From: Candidatus Levyibacteriota bacterium
Lineage (GTDB): Bacteria > Patescibacteriota > Microgenomatia > Levybacterales > UBA12049
DNA length: 64,000 bases
Assembly (NCBI GenBank): GCA_029260965.1
Contig: JAJDCG010000001.1
Location: forward strand, 376,012-440,011
Direction of reading: 5' to 3'
The first letter of the stretch is position 1. Every line of letters starts with the position of its first letter. The translations under genes were made by a program, and so were the position numbers. Below the pieces are notes generated by a model that worked only from the letters and a program-made list of their open reading frames with translations, had not been told where the DNA came from and ran no database searches. Below are positions 18,758 through 27,460 of this stretch, in pieces.

Positions 18758-20447
18758 AAATTTTTACATCTTTTATTTTTAGTTGGAGCTTGGTGTTTCC
18801 GTTCCAGGTGTTTTTATCAATAGAGTAGGCAATATCCACTGTGGATTTCTTTTTTAATTTTACCGTTAGTTTTCCCATTCCAAAAGCGATTGCTTCATGG
18901 CTTATGGATTCAGGTTTTTGGTTCTTGGAGCTCAGTTCTAGCCTCAGGTGGCTTTGATCTTTTCCCAATAGCCTGAAGTCTTTAACCCAAACATCTCGCG
19001 TTATAAAAACTGGTTCAGGATTCCCCATGCCAAACGGTGCAAGCGTTTGAATAGTATCATATAGTGATGTGTTAATACATGCTAATTCAAGTTCGCAGTC
19101 AATTTTTAGTTTTCTTTTTAACAAGTCATCCGTGATTGCGATTTCTGCTGCTTTTTCTAGTGTTTTGATCAGGCTGTCCAGGTTTTTAGTTTTTATAGTA
19201 AACCCTGCTGCCATTGGGTGTCCACCTATATCCGTGAAGAATTTGGGGTGTGATCTGAGAAAATCAACTATGTTGAATCCCGGGATAGACCTTACAGAGG
19301 CTTTAGAATATTCATCGCCGATTGAAATAGCAATCGATGGTCGATAGAATTCTTCAACTAGTTTTCCAGCTATAAGTCCTATTACGCCTTGTTTGTATAA
19401 TTGATCCGCAACAATTAATATTTTTTTACTTTTTATTTTTTGCTTTTTGTTTACTTCTTGTATTGCATGTTCTGTTGATTCTTTGAGTATGTGCTGGCGA
19501 TCGCGATTTATTAACTCGAGTTTCTGTGCAAGAGTTCTAGCTCGATTTGCGTCTTTCGTACACAAAAGTCTCAGGCTGTCCATGGCAGATTCCATGCGTC
19601 CTGCAGCATTTAGTCGGGGTGCTATAATATAGCCAACATCATAGATTGAAAATAGTTTTTTTTCTATTTTTGCTTCATTAAAAAGTTCTTTTAGTCCCAT
19701 GCGTTGTGATCTCCCCAAAGCTCCAAGTCCAAATTTGGCAATCGTGCGGCTAGTGCTAGTTAGTGGTACGAGATCAGCAACTGTTCCAAGCATTGCTAGC
19801 TCGAGATGAGAATCCTGAGGGTGTGGCGCGTGGCGTGTGGTGCGTATTTCTTTTGCGAGTAGATAAGCAACAGCTGCGCCACAAATCTTTGTAGTATGTA
19901 TTGTAGTAAATGCATTCGGCAAAATTTTTCCGACAGTATGATGATCGGTTATTATTACATCAATATTTTTTGTTTTTGCAAAATCAACAGCATCATGCGC
20001 AACAATTCCGTTATCAACAGTAATTATGAGGGAGACATTTTTGCTTTTTGATTTTTGTTCTAGAATTTTTTCAATTCCACGAATCGAAAGTCCGTATCCT
20101 TCATCAATTCTGTGTGGGATATATGGCATCACATTGCCATTCATTGCATGAATTGTCTCCCAGAGTATCGCTGAACCCGTGATGCCATCAACATCATAGT
20201 CACCATATATGATTATTTGTTCTTTATTATCAACAGCTTTTAGGATGCGTTTTACAGCTTTCTTGAGATTGGTAGTATTTATGTCGACGTTTTTTGCGTT
20301 TACTTTTGAGATGTCTGGATTTAGAAATTCTTCCTTGTCTTTTTTTGTTTTTATATTTCTATTTTCAAGTAATAAATCTATTAACCCTTCATTTTGCCAC
20401 TTGTCACTTATGATCCGTGATTTATTTAAAATTTTCCATTCTTTCAT
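18750..20447 (-). CDS. recJ: Single-stranded-DNA-specific exonuclease RecJ
   Basis: YGDYDVDG, ITVDNG, ITDHH, GTVADLVPL, PRLNAAGR, GGHPMAAG, PFGMGNPEP. Confidence 0.97.
   Translation of the reverse strand: MKEWKILNKSRIISDKWQNEGLIDLLLENRNIKTKKDKEEFLNPDISKVNAKNVDINTTNLKKAVKRILKAVDNKEQIIIYGDYDVDGITGSAILWETIHAMNGNVMPYIPHRIDEGYGLSIRGIEKILEQKSKSKNVSLIITVDNGIVAHDAVDFAKTKNIDVIITDHHTVGKILPNAFTTIHTTKICGAAVAYLLAKEIRTTRHAPHPQDSHLELAMLGTVADLVPLTSTSRTIAKFGLGALGRSQRMGLKELFNEAKIEKKLFSIYDVGYIIAPRLNAAGRMESAMDSLRLLCTKDANRARTLAQKLELINRDRQHILKESTEHAIQEVNKKQKIKSKKILIVADQLYKQGVIGLIAGKLVEEFYRPSIAISIGDEYSKASVRSIPGFNIVDFLRSHPKFFTDIGGHPMAAGFTIKTKNLDSLIKTLEKAAEIAITDDLLKRKLKIDCELELACINTSLYDTIQTLAPFGMGNPEPVFITRDVWVKDFRLLGKDQSHLRLELSSKNQKPESISHEAIAFGMGKLTVKLKKKSTVDIAYSIDKNTWNGNTKLQLKIKDVKIYE
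18894..18942. repeat. 7-nt-period imperfect tandem array inside recJ
   Basis: TTCATGG CTTATGG ATTCAGG TTTTTGG TTCTTGG AGCTCAG TTCTAGC. Confidence 0.75.
19424..19451. repeat. 7-nt-period array inside recJ
   Basis: TTTTACT TTTTATT TTTTGCT TTTTGTT. Confidence 0.65.
19821..19846. repeat. GC-rich 7-nt-period array inside recJ
   Basis: GTGTGGC GCGTGGC GTGTGGT GCGTA. Confidence 0.8.
20039..20059. repeat. 7-nt-period array inside recJ
   Basis: TTTTGCT TTTTGAT TTTTGTT. Confidence 0.65.
20395..20422. repeat. 7-nt-period array inside the recJ 5' end
   Basis: TGCCACT TGTCACT TATGATC CGTGATT. Confidence 0.65.
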
Positions 20448-20496
20448 GTTTTTGGTTTGCTATACTATAACAGACCCCGTTAGGTGGGACAAGAAT

Positions 20497-21978
20497 ATGA
20501 TTGATAAGTCTAGTACAAAAAAGATAGTTAGTAATCCCTCTCAAGCAAAGAGTGGCAAGTCAGTTCTGGATAAAATTCCGCAACACATACTTGATATTGA
20601 TAAGAAATTTCGTGGTGCAGGATTTGAAATATATCTTGTAGGTGGACCTGTCCGTGATCTACTGAGCGGTAACAAGGTAAAAGACTGGGATTTTACTACA
20701 AATGCGACGCCTCAGGAGATACAAAAGCTTTTCCCAGAAAATGTGTATGAAAATAATTTTGGTACAGTTGGCATAAAAGTAGACGGTTTGATTGAGGCGG
20801 AACATGCTGGAGTTGTAGAAGTTACAACTTATCGTACAGAAAAAGGATACTCGGACAACAGGAGGCCTGATAGCGTTACATGGGGAAAGACAGTTGAGGA
20901 TGATTTATCTAGGAGGGATTTTACTATTAATGCTATGGCTCTGAATCTAGCAGAAAGCAAAAAGGATAAAAAAAATAGTGAGAAAAATTTAGCGTTCGAT
21001 ACTTCAGGGTTTACTCTTGTAGATCCATTTGATGGACAGACTGATCTAAAAAATAAAATTATCAGATCAGTAGGTGATCCTGCGGTCAGATTTAAAGAGG
21101 ATGCGCTTAGACTTATGAGGGCTATCCGATTTGCGATACAACTCCAATTTGATATAGAAGAAGCAACATTGAGGGAGATAACAAACGATGCAAAATTATT
21201 GGAAAATATAGCTAATGAGCGGATTCGTGATGAACTGATGAAAATACTCGGAAGTGATTTTCCGTACGAAGGTGTCTCTCTATTAAAGAATACAGGTTTG
21301 CTAGAGCATATAATTCCAGAACTTTTGGAAGGAGTTGGTATATCTCAGGAGAGGCCAGGAAGACATCATAAAGACGATGTTTTTACTCACAATGTTTTGT
21401 CTCTCAAATTCTGTACATCAAAAGACCCGATAGTTCGCTTTGCAACACTTATTCATGATGCTGGTAAATCACGCGTTGTTGGGAAAGATCAAGATGGATT
21501 GGTTATTTTTCATAATCATGAGATGGCTGGTGCAAAATTGGCATATGAAATTTGTCAAAGACTAAGATTTTCTAAAAAAGATCGTGAAAAAATTGTAAAA
21601 CTAGTCAGATGGCACATGTTTACAGTGGATGAACATATAACAGATGCTGCTGTTAGAAGATTTATCAGGAGAATAGGAGTTGAAAACGTACAGGACATGA
21701 TGGACTTGAGAGTTGGTGATAGGTTGGGTGGGGGCACACAGACTGCAGAAAGCTGGAGACTAAAGCTTTTCAAAAAAAGGCTTGATGAGCAGATGGCACC
21801 TGCGCCTTTTTCTATAAATGATCTTGCAATTGATGGAAATGATCTAATGAAGGAACTCAACATGAAGCCTGGGCCAAAAATAGGAGCCATGCTTCAGAAG
21901 CTATTTGAAGAGGTAGATGAGGATATGGGCAAGAATAACAAGGAATATCTCCTTAAGAGGATTCACGAGTTGACATGA
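20497..21978 (+). CDS. cca: CCA tRNA nucleotidyltransferase with HD domain
   Basis: LVGGPVRD, DWD, DLSRRDFTINAM, EDALRLMRA, LIHDAGK. Start trimmed to ATG 20497. Confidence 0.92.
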   Translation: MIDKSSTKKIVSNPSQAKSGKSVLDKIPQHILDIDKKFRGAGFEIYLVGGPVRDLLSGNKVKDWDFTTNATPQEIQKLFPENVYENNFGTVGIKVDGLIEAEHAGVVEVTTYRTEKGYSDNRRPDSVTWGKTVEDDLSRRDFTINAMALNLAESKKDKKNSEKNLAFDTSGFTLVDPFDGQTDLKNKIIRSVGDPAVRFKEDALRLMRAIRFAIQLQFDIEEATLREITNDAKLLENIANERIRDELMKILGSDFPYEGVSLLKNTGLLEHIIPELLEGVGISQERPGRHHKDDVFTHNVLSLKFCTSKDPIVRFATLIHDAGKSRVVGKDQDGLVIFHNHEMAGAKLAYEICQRLRFSKKDREKIVKLVRWHMFTVDEHITDAAVRRFIRRIGVENVQDMMDLRVGDRLGGGTQTAESWRLKLFKKRLDEQMAPAPFSINDLAIDGNDLMKELNMKPGPKIGAMLQKLFEEVDEDMGKNNKEYLLKRIHELT

Positions 21979-22015
21979 GAGATAGGGAATGTTTTAATAG
22001 AAGGGAATTCCTAGC

Positions 22016-22049
22016 TTGACAATTAGCAGAATCTGTGATAGATTGCTAA
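22016..22049 (+). promoter_or_regulatory. Sigma-70 promoter overlapped by a CIRCE-like (HrcA) operator upstream of lon
   Basis: TTGACA (22016-22021)-17 nt-TAGATT; TTAGCAGAA-N9-GATTGCTAA at 22023-22049 versus consensus TTAGCACTC-N9-GAGTGCTAA. Confidence 0.75.
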
Positions 22050-22058
22050 TATATATTT

Positions 22059-24419
22059 ATGCAAAGACTGGTCCCAATTATACCAATAAGAGATGGCATA
22101 ATTTTCCCCAATACTGATTCAGTTCTTACTTTTGGTAGACCCAAGAGTTTGGCTGCTCTAGAGTCAGCATTCCAAAGAGAACGTGTTGTTTGTTTCGTAT
22201 TACAGAAAAACGCACGTCTCAATGATCCATCGCCTGAAGACCTCTATGAGATGGGTACTCTTTCTCGCATAGAACGCATGATCAAGACAGATGGCGAGAT
22301 TAACGCACAGGTAAAAGGAATTTCCCGTGTAAAAATACTTTCATATGAGAGGTATGATTCATATTTCATGGCTAATGTCGAGGATATACAGGATGATAAA
22401 GAGGACAATGAAGAAATTAAGGCTCTATGTAATCACCTGACATCAGAATTTCGCAAAGCCATGAATTTTGGTAAATCAGCGGATTTTCTTCTCTTTATGA
22501 ATATCATGTCTGAGAATTCTCCATCTGAACTGGCTGATCTTATCGCATCAGCACTAGATATAAAACCGCAGGAAAAACAGGATCTTCTCGAGACTATAGA
22601 TATCAGATCCAGGCTTAAAAAAGTTACCGAATTTTTGGCAAAGGAAATAAAAATTCTAGAACTTGAGCGTAGAATTGCCTCCAAAACTCAGGAAAGGTTC
22701 GAAAAAGGTGCACGAGAGGCCATGCTTCGAGAGAGACTTAGAACTATTGAGGAGGAGCTTGGTGAAAAAGAAGAGCATTCTGAGACGCAAGTACTTTTGA
22801 GTAAAATAAAAGATGCAAAGATGCCCGAGGAGGTAGAAGAGAAAGCAAAAAAAGAGCTTTCAAAGCTTCAGAACATGAATCAATTCAATCCTGAGGCTGG
22901 ATATATCAGAAATTACTTGGAACTCATGGTGGCTCTTCCATGGAATAAAACCAGTAAGGATGTGACTAATATAAAAAATGCAGAGAAGATTCTAGATCAG
23001 GATCACTATGGCCTTAATAAGGCAAAAGAAAGAATTACCGAATACTTGGCTGTTCACAAGCTTGCAGGTAAGATGAAGGGACCGATTCTTTGCTTTGCAG
23101 GCCCTCCAGGTGTTGGTAAAACATCTATTGGTAAATCAATAGCGCATGCACTTGGTCGTAAGTTTATTCGAGTGTCACTGGGTGGCATTAGAGATGAGGC
23201 AGAGATAAGAGGTCATAGGAGAACGTATGTTGGTGCACTTCCTGGACGCATCCTTCAGGGTATTAAAGATTCAGGTACAAAAAATCCTGTTTTTATGCTT
23301 GATGAGATTGATAAGGTGGGGTCAGATTTTCGTGGAGATCCATCAAGTGCCCTTCTGGAAGCATTGGATCCAGAGCAAAATGGAGCGTTCTCAGATCATT
23401 ATCTTGAGGTGCCTTTTGATCTTTCAGATGTTATGTTTATAACAACTGCCAATGTGCTTGATACCATTCCTCCAGCTCTTCGTGACAGGCTTGAGATAAT
23501 TAACTTTTCAGGTTACACTCATGATGAAAAGTTCAAGATTGCACATGATTTTCTTCTCAAAAAACAACTCGATAATCATGGTTTGAAAGCTGATCAGGTA
23601 ATGGTTGCAAATGATGCACTAAAATTCATGATCCACCATTACACACGTGAGGCAGGAGTCCGTAATCTTGAACGAAAAATTGCTACAGTTTTTAGAAAAG
23701 TTGCCAAAAAAATAGCTGAAGGCGAGAAAGGGAAGATTTCAATTAAGGCTCAGGATGTACCAAAATATCTCGGACCAATAAAATTCACAGGAAATCTGAT
23801 TGAGAAAAAAGATGAGATTGGCATGTCTACGGGTCTTGCCTGGACTGAGGCGGGAGGAGACATACTCTTTATCGAAGTGGCACTCATGCCTGGAAAAGGT
23901 CAGCTCACCTTGACAGGTCAGTTGGGGGATGTCATGAAGGAATCAGCCCAAGCTTCTCTTTCCTATATCAGGTCCAGATCCCACCTCATGGGTCTTCCAG
24001 ATAAGATTTTTCAGAAAACAGACGTCCATGTGCATGTCCCAGAGGGGGCAGTACCCAAGGATGGTCCGTCAGCTGGTACGGCAATCACAGCAGCAATTAC
24101 CTCAGCGCTCACAAAGATTCCTGTAAAGCGCACTGTTGGCATGACAGGTGAGGTGACGCTCAGGGGGCGTGTGTTAGAAATAGGTGGAGTCAAAGAAAAA
24201 GTGATAGCAGCGCACCGGGCAGGTCTCAAAACTATTATTCTTCCAAAAGATAACAAGAAAGATCTAGAGGATGTACCCAAAGAAGTTCTGAATGATCTTA
24301 CTTTTAAATTTGTATCACACATGGATGAGGTTCTTGGATTTGCGTTGCTAAAACCACTCCCCAAGCCCAAGTTAAAAACAAGAGATCAGGGCTTTCAAGC
24401 ACCAGTTCTCCATGCATAA
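22059..24419 (+). CDS. lon: ATP-dependent Lon protease
   Basis: GPPGVGKTS, LDEIDK, PKDGPSAG (catalytic Ser) and IGGVKEK (catalytic Lys). Confidence 0.98.
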   Translation: MQRLVPIIPIRDGIIFPNTDSVLTFGRPKSLAALESAFQRERVVCFVLQKNARLNDPSPEDLYEMGTLSRIERMIKTDGEINAQVKGISRVKILSYERYDSYFMANVEDIQDDKEDNEEIKALCNHLTSEFRKAMNFGKSADFLLFMNIMSENSPSELADLIASALDIKPQEKQDLLETIDIRSRLKKVTEFLAKEIKILELERRIASKTQERFEKGAREAMLRERLRTIEEELGEKEEHSETQVLLSKIKDAKMPEEVEEKAKKELSKLQNMNQFNPEAGYIRNYLELMVALPWNKTSKDVTNIKNAEKILDQDHYGLNKAKERITEYLAVHKLAGKMKGPILCFAGPPGVGKTSIGKSIAHALGRKFIRVSLGGIRDEAEIRGHRRTYVGALPGRILQGIKDSGTKNPVFMLDEIDKVGSDFRGDPSSALLEALDPEQNGAFSDHYLEVPFDLSDVMFITTANVLDTIPPALRDRLEIINFSGYTHDEKFKIAHDFLLKKQLDNHGLKADQVMVANDALKFMIHHYTREAGVRNLERKIATVFRKVAKKIAEGEKGKISIKAQDVPKYLGPIKFTGNLIEKKDEIGMSTGLAWTEAGGDILFIEVALMPGKGQLTLTGQLGDVMKESAQASLSYIRSRSHLMGLPDKIFQKTDVHVHVPEGAVPKDGPSAGTAITAAITSALTKIPVKRTVGMTGEVTLRGRVLEIGGVKEKVIAAHRAGLKTIILPKDNKKDLEDVPKEVLNDLTFKFVSHMDEVLGFALLKPLPKPKLKTRDQGFQAPVLHA

Positions 24420-24642
24420 TTTTTTTACCCAATCATTTTTGTCATTCAACATTATCGGTACTGTTTATGCACATGAGGGAAAAGATCCACTTTCAGAACA
24501 AGCTCACCTAACCGGGCATATTATACTTTTAATTATGTTGGTGATCGCATCAGCAGGAGTTGTCTACTATATATTTGAAGAGAGAAAGAGCATGAGGAAA
24601 AAAAATTCAATCTCAAAAAAAGAAAATGATATAAAGGAATAA
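24412..24642 (+). CDS. Small single-TM hypothetical protein
   Basis: 76 aa, overlaps the lon stop; VYAHEG motif, one TM and a basic tail. Confidence 0.55.
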   Translation: MHNFFTQSFLSFNIIGTVYAHEGKDPLSEQAHLTGHIILLIMLVIASAGVVYYIFEERKSMRKKNSISKKENDIKE

Positions 24643-24650
24643 TCAGGACT

Positions 24651-24809
24651 AACTCTTCATGCTTTGTAATGCATAGCAACCTTTTTCTTTTTAGTTTGAT
24701 GATCTAGATCATTAGACTAAAATTATTATTTGCTATTGCATGCCAGAGAATAGATGTATTCAGGCAATAAGTTATATTAAAATTTATTAAAAGCGCCATG
24801 AAGGAAGTT
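24651..24809 (+). ncRNA. Candidate structured RNA (multi-stem), unassigned
   Basis: Long hairpin 24669-24741 (16-bp plus 11-bp stems, G.U on + strand), two small hairpins and a closing stem; folded by eye only. Confidence 0.4.
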
Positions 24810-24849
24810 TGCTATTTAAGAATAGGTATTCTGCTATAATATGCAAGAT

Positions 24850-25298
24850 ATGGCAGCAGAAATGGATAGAATTATAAGAGATTTAAGAAGGGAGGGTTTT
24901 GGTACAGGTGCTGACAGGTTAGAGGAATTAAAAACTGTTTTAGTAACAGAGGGTTTGATACCTGAGAGAATTGGTATAGTTAGTGATCTTCCTCCATTTG
25001 AATTTGATCTTCGAACAAGAAGATCAGAGCGAGATCTTGAGACCATGGCACTTGGTTTGCCAAATCGAGTTGTTTGGGCATTGGCAAGAGGTGGCATAAC
25101 TAGTGTTAGGCAAAACTATACGATTTGCCTGTGGAGAAACTTCACATGATGAGAAGCATCGGAAAAAAATCCCTAGAGCAGATTGGTGCTAGTCTGGTAG
25201 CATTCAAAAAAAGAGTGATGGAAAAAAGAGAGAATGAAGGGATAATTGATGATACGCCTGTAGTTTTTTCATACCCTCAATATCATAATGAAGTTTGA
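24850..25298 (+). pseudogene. Stand-alone RNA polymerase alpha-CTD-like (HhH) gene with a frameshift near 25113
   Basis: LGLPNRVVWALARGGITSVRQ continues in the -1 frame as LYDLPVEKLHMMRSIGKKSLEQIGASL...* (stop 25296-25298). TATAAT at 24835-24840 favours ATG 24850. Confidence 0.7.
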
Positions 25299-25310
25299 CA
25301 AGAGCGATCG

Positions 25311-25339
25311 TTGCCTTGTGAGCCTGGATATTGTAAAAT
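25311..25339 (+). promoter_or_regulatory. Probable tRNA promoter
   Basis: TTGCCT-17 nt-TAAAAT, 11 nt before tRNA-Glu. Confidence 0.55.
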
Positions 25340-25350
25340 ATACACTCAAT

Positions 25351-25423
25351 GGCCCCATCGTCTAGTGGCCTAGGACGTCAGGTTCTCATCCTGGAGACCG
25401 GGATTCGACTTCCCGTGGGGTCA
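25351..25423 (+). tRNA. tRNA-Glu(CTC), CCA not encoded
   Basis: Acceptor stem GGCCCCA/TGGGGTC, anticodon arm TCAGG-TTCTCAT-CCTGG, T arm CGGGA-TTCGACT-TCCCG. Confidence 0.95.
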
Positions 25424-25467
25424 CTGTTTTATTTGTGCCTCTTCTTGAGTTTTAGTATAATTATCCA

Positions 25468-26226
25468 ATGAAAGATATTTTTTTGTCTGTTGTGGTGCCT
25501 TGTTATGATGAGATGGCCAATTTGCGCAAAGGCGTTCTGGATAAGATTGCGCATTTTTTGACAAAAAAGAGTTTTTCGTACGAAGTGATCATAGTTGATG
25601 ATGGATCAACTGACGGAAGTGTCGAGTTTATAGAAAAGTTTATCAAAGAAAACTCCCGTTTCAGGCTTATCAAAAATCCCCATTACGGCAAGGCAGGTGC
25701 CGTGACAACAGGAATGCTGCAGGCGAGTGGCAAATACAGGCTTTTTACTGATATGGATCAGGCAACACCTATTGAAGAGATTGACAAGCTACTTCCCCAT
25801 GTCAAAAATGGAGCAGATATAGTGATAGGCTCGAGAAAAGGTCAGCGTAAAGGTGCGCCATTTATCAGGCTTTTTGTTTCGCGCAGTTCTATAATTCTCA
25901 GAAAAATTGTTGTGGGGCTTCCGAGGATCTCTGATACTCAGTGTGGGTTCAAGCTATTTTCAGAAAATGCAGCAGTTGATCTTTTTGGCAAATTGATAAA
26001 AATCAAGAAAGGATTCAAAAAAGTTTCAGGACCTGCTGTGACATACGGATCAGACATAGAGCTTCTTTATTTGGCGGATAAGATTGGATATAAAATAAAA
26101 GAAGTCCCAGTTGAATGGCTTTTTGTTGAGTCGCGAAGAGTTAGTCCAGTGCAGGATTCTGTGCAGGGAGTATTGGATCTTCTGACAATAAAGAAAAATA
26201 TAGTCTCTGGAATATATGATGTTTAG
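25468..26226 (+). CDS. GT2 polyprenyl-phosphate glycosyltransferase (DPG/DPM-synthase-like)
   Basis: VDDGSTD, GKAGAV, FTDMD and DTQCGFKLF motifs. Confidence 0.88.
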   Translation: MKDIFLSVVVPCYDEMANLRKGVLDKIAHFLTKKSFSYEVIIVDDGSTDGSVEFIEKFIKENSRFRLIKNPHYGKAGAVTTGMLQASGKYRLFTDMDQATPIEEIDKLLPHVKNGADIVIGSRKGQRKGAPFIRLFVSRSSIILRKIVVGLPRISDTQCGFKLFSENAAVDLFGKLIKIKKGFKKVSGPAVTYGSDIELLYLADKIGYKIKEVPVEWLFVESRRVSPVQDSVQGVLDLLTIKKNIVSGIYDV

Positions 26227-26240
26227 ACACTTTTGACAAT

Positions 26241-27446
26241 ATGATTCGAATCATGAGAACAAAAATAATGTTTTATTTTCTGCTTATTTTTGGGCTTTTT
26301 CTTTATTCGTTTACTCAAGTTGATCTTTCTCTTACCGTCTCGCGTAGTTTATTTCTGAATAATATAATTGACTCTTTTCAGCATATAGGTTTTTTCATGA
26401 GACCTCTGTCAACTTATATTTTTTCAGCAATAGTGCTAGCGCTTTTTGGTTTTTGGTTTTATTTTTTGAATCTAGCAAGGGAAAATAAAATAGATAAAAG
26501 AAATATTTGGAAAATCATAATTATTACGAGTTCAATACTAATTTTCTCATACAATGCTTTTTCGTATGATTTATTTAATTACATATTCGACGCAAAAATA
26601 TTCACCCACTATGGTCTCAATCCATATCTTCACAAAGCACTTGATTTTCCAGGAGATCCGATGCTCTCTTTCATGCGCTGGACGCATAGGGTGTATCCAT
26701 ATGGACCTGTTTGGCTTGCGCTTACTGTGCCCTTATCATACTTGGGGTTAAATTTTTTTATTCCGACATTTTTTCTTTTTAAACTTTTTATTGGTGCATT
26801 TTTTGTGGGCAGTATTTATTTTATAGGTAAGATATTACAAAAAATAGCTCCGAAAAAAGAAGTCTTGGGACTTGTTTTTTTTGGGCTCTCTCCATTGGTG
26901 CTCATCGAAAGCTTGGTGAGTGCGCATATTGATATCGTAATGGTGTTTTTCGTACTTTGGGCGACATACAGTCTGGTAAACAAAAAATATATTTTGTTGA
27001 TCCTACTGTTTTTAATCTCAATTGGGATAAAATTCGCAACTGTATTTATATCTCCAGTTTTTTTCTGGATTTGGATACGGAGAGGAAAGACGAGTTTGGA
27101 GAGCATGTTTTCATTTGCTGTAATTCTACTTATTTTGTCGGCACTTGTCTCATCCTACTACAGTGGCAATTTTCAGCCTTGGTATCTTCTCCTTCCTTTG
27201 AGTTTCGCTGCATTTGTGTCATATAAATATTACATTTTCATTCCATCTGTATTTGTCTCAATTTTTGCGATTTTTAATTATGTGCCCTATCTTTATTTAG
27301 GCAATTGGGACCCTCCAGTTCCTGAGTTTTTATTTTGGATACAAATAGGTTCAGTGATTGTCTCAATTTTAGCGGTGGCAGCTTATTTCTTATATCAAAA
27401 ATCAAAAGTTAAAAATCAAAAATATAATTCAAAAGGAAAAAGTTAG
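26241..27446 (+). CDS. GT-C membrane glycosyltransferase (MptA/B-like)
   Basis: SYDLFNYIF...GLNPY, YPYGPVW, AHID, IKF and QPWY motifs; multi-TM. Confidence 0.75.
   Translation: MIRIMRTKIMFYFLLIFGLFLYSFTQVDLSLTVSRSLFLNNIIDSFQHIGFFMRPLSTYIFSAIVLALFGFWFYFLNLARENKIDKRNIWKIIIITSSILIFSYNAFSYDLFNYIFDAKIFTHYGLNPYLHKALDFPGDPMLSFMRWTHRVYPYGPVWLALTVPLSYLGLNFFIPTFFLFKLFIGAFFVGSIYFIGKILQKIAPKKEVLGLVFFGLSPLVLIESLVSAHIDIVMVFFVLWATYSLVNKKYILLILLFLISIGIKFATVFISPVFFWIWIRRGKTSLESMFSFAVILLILSALVSSYYSGNFQPWYLLLPLSFAAFVSYKYYIFIPSVFVSIFAIFNYVPYLYLGNWDPPVPEFLFWIQIGSVIVSILAVAAYFLYQKSKVKNQKYNSKGKS
27394..27446 (+). repeat. 7-nt-period array forming the gene's 3' tail
   Basis: ATCAAAA ATCAAAA GTTAAAA ATCAAAA ..., encoding QKSKVKNQKYNSKGKS*. 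Confidence 0.8.
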
Positions 27447-27460
27447 CTTATTATACTATA

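Noticed and set aside
20209-20496. 96-aa N-terminal extension of the CCA enzyme in the ORF track
   Set aside because: It is the antisense shadow of the recJ 5' end; homology-like sequence begins after ATG 20497.
20949-20990. Weak heptamer-like patches in cca (AGCAGAA AGCAAAA) and truB (about 12917-12933)
   Set aside because: Only about two units in A-rich, Lys-rich sequence; not distinguishable from chance by eye.
24643-24809. SRP RNA, suggested by TCAGG and GAAGGAAG words
   Set aside because: The two words are about 150 nt apart instead of forming the compact SRP domain IV hairpin.
25351-25468. tRNA-Glu as integration site for the glycosylation locus
   Set aside because: No integrase and no duplicated tRNA 3' end noticed within the window; cannot be excluded beyond it.
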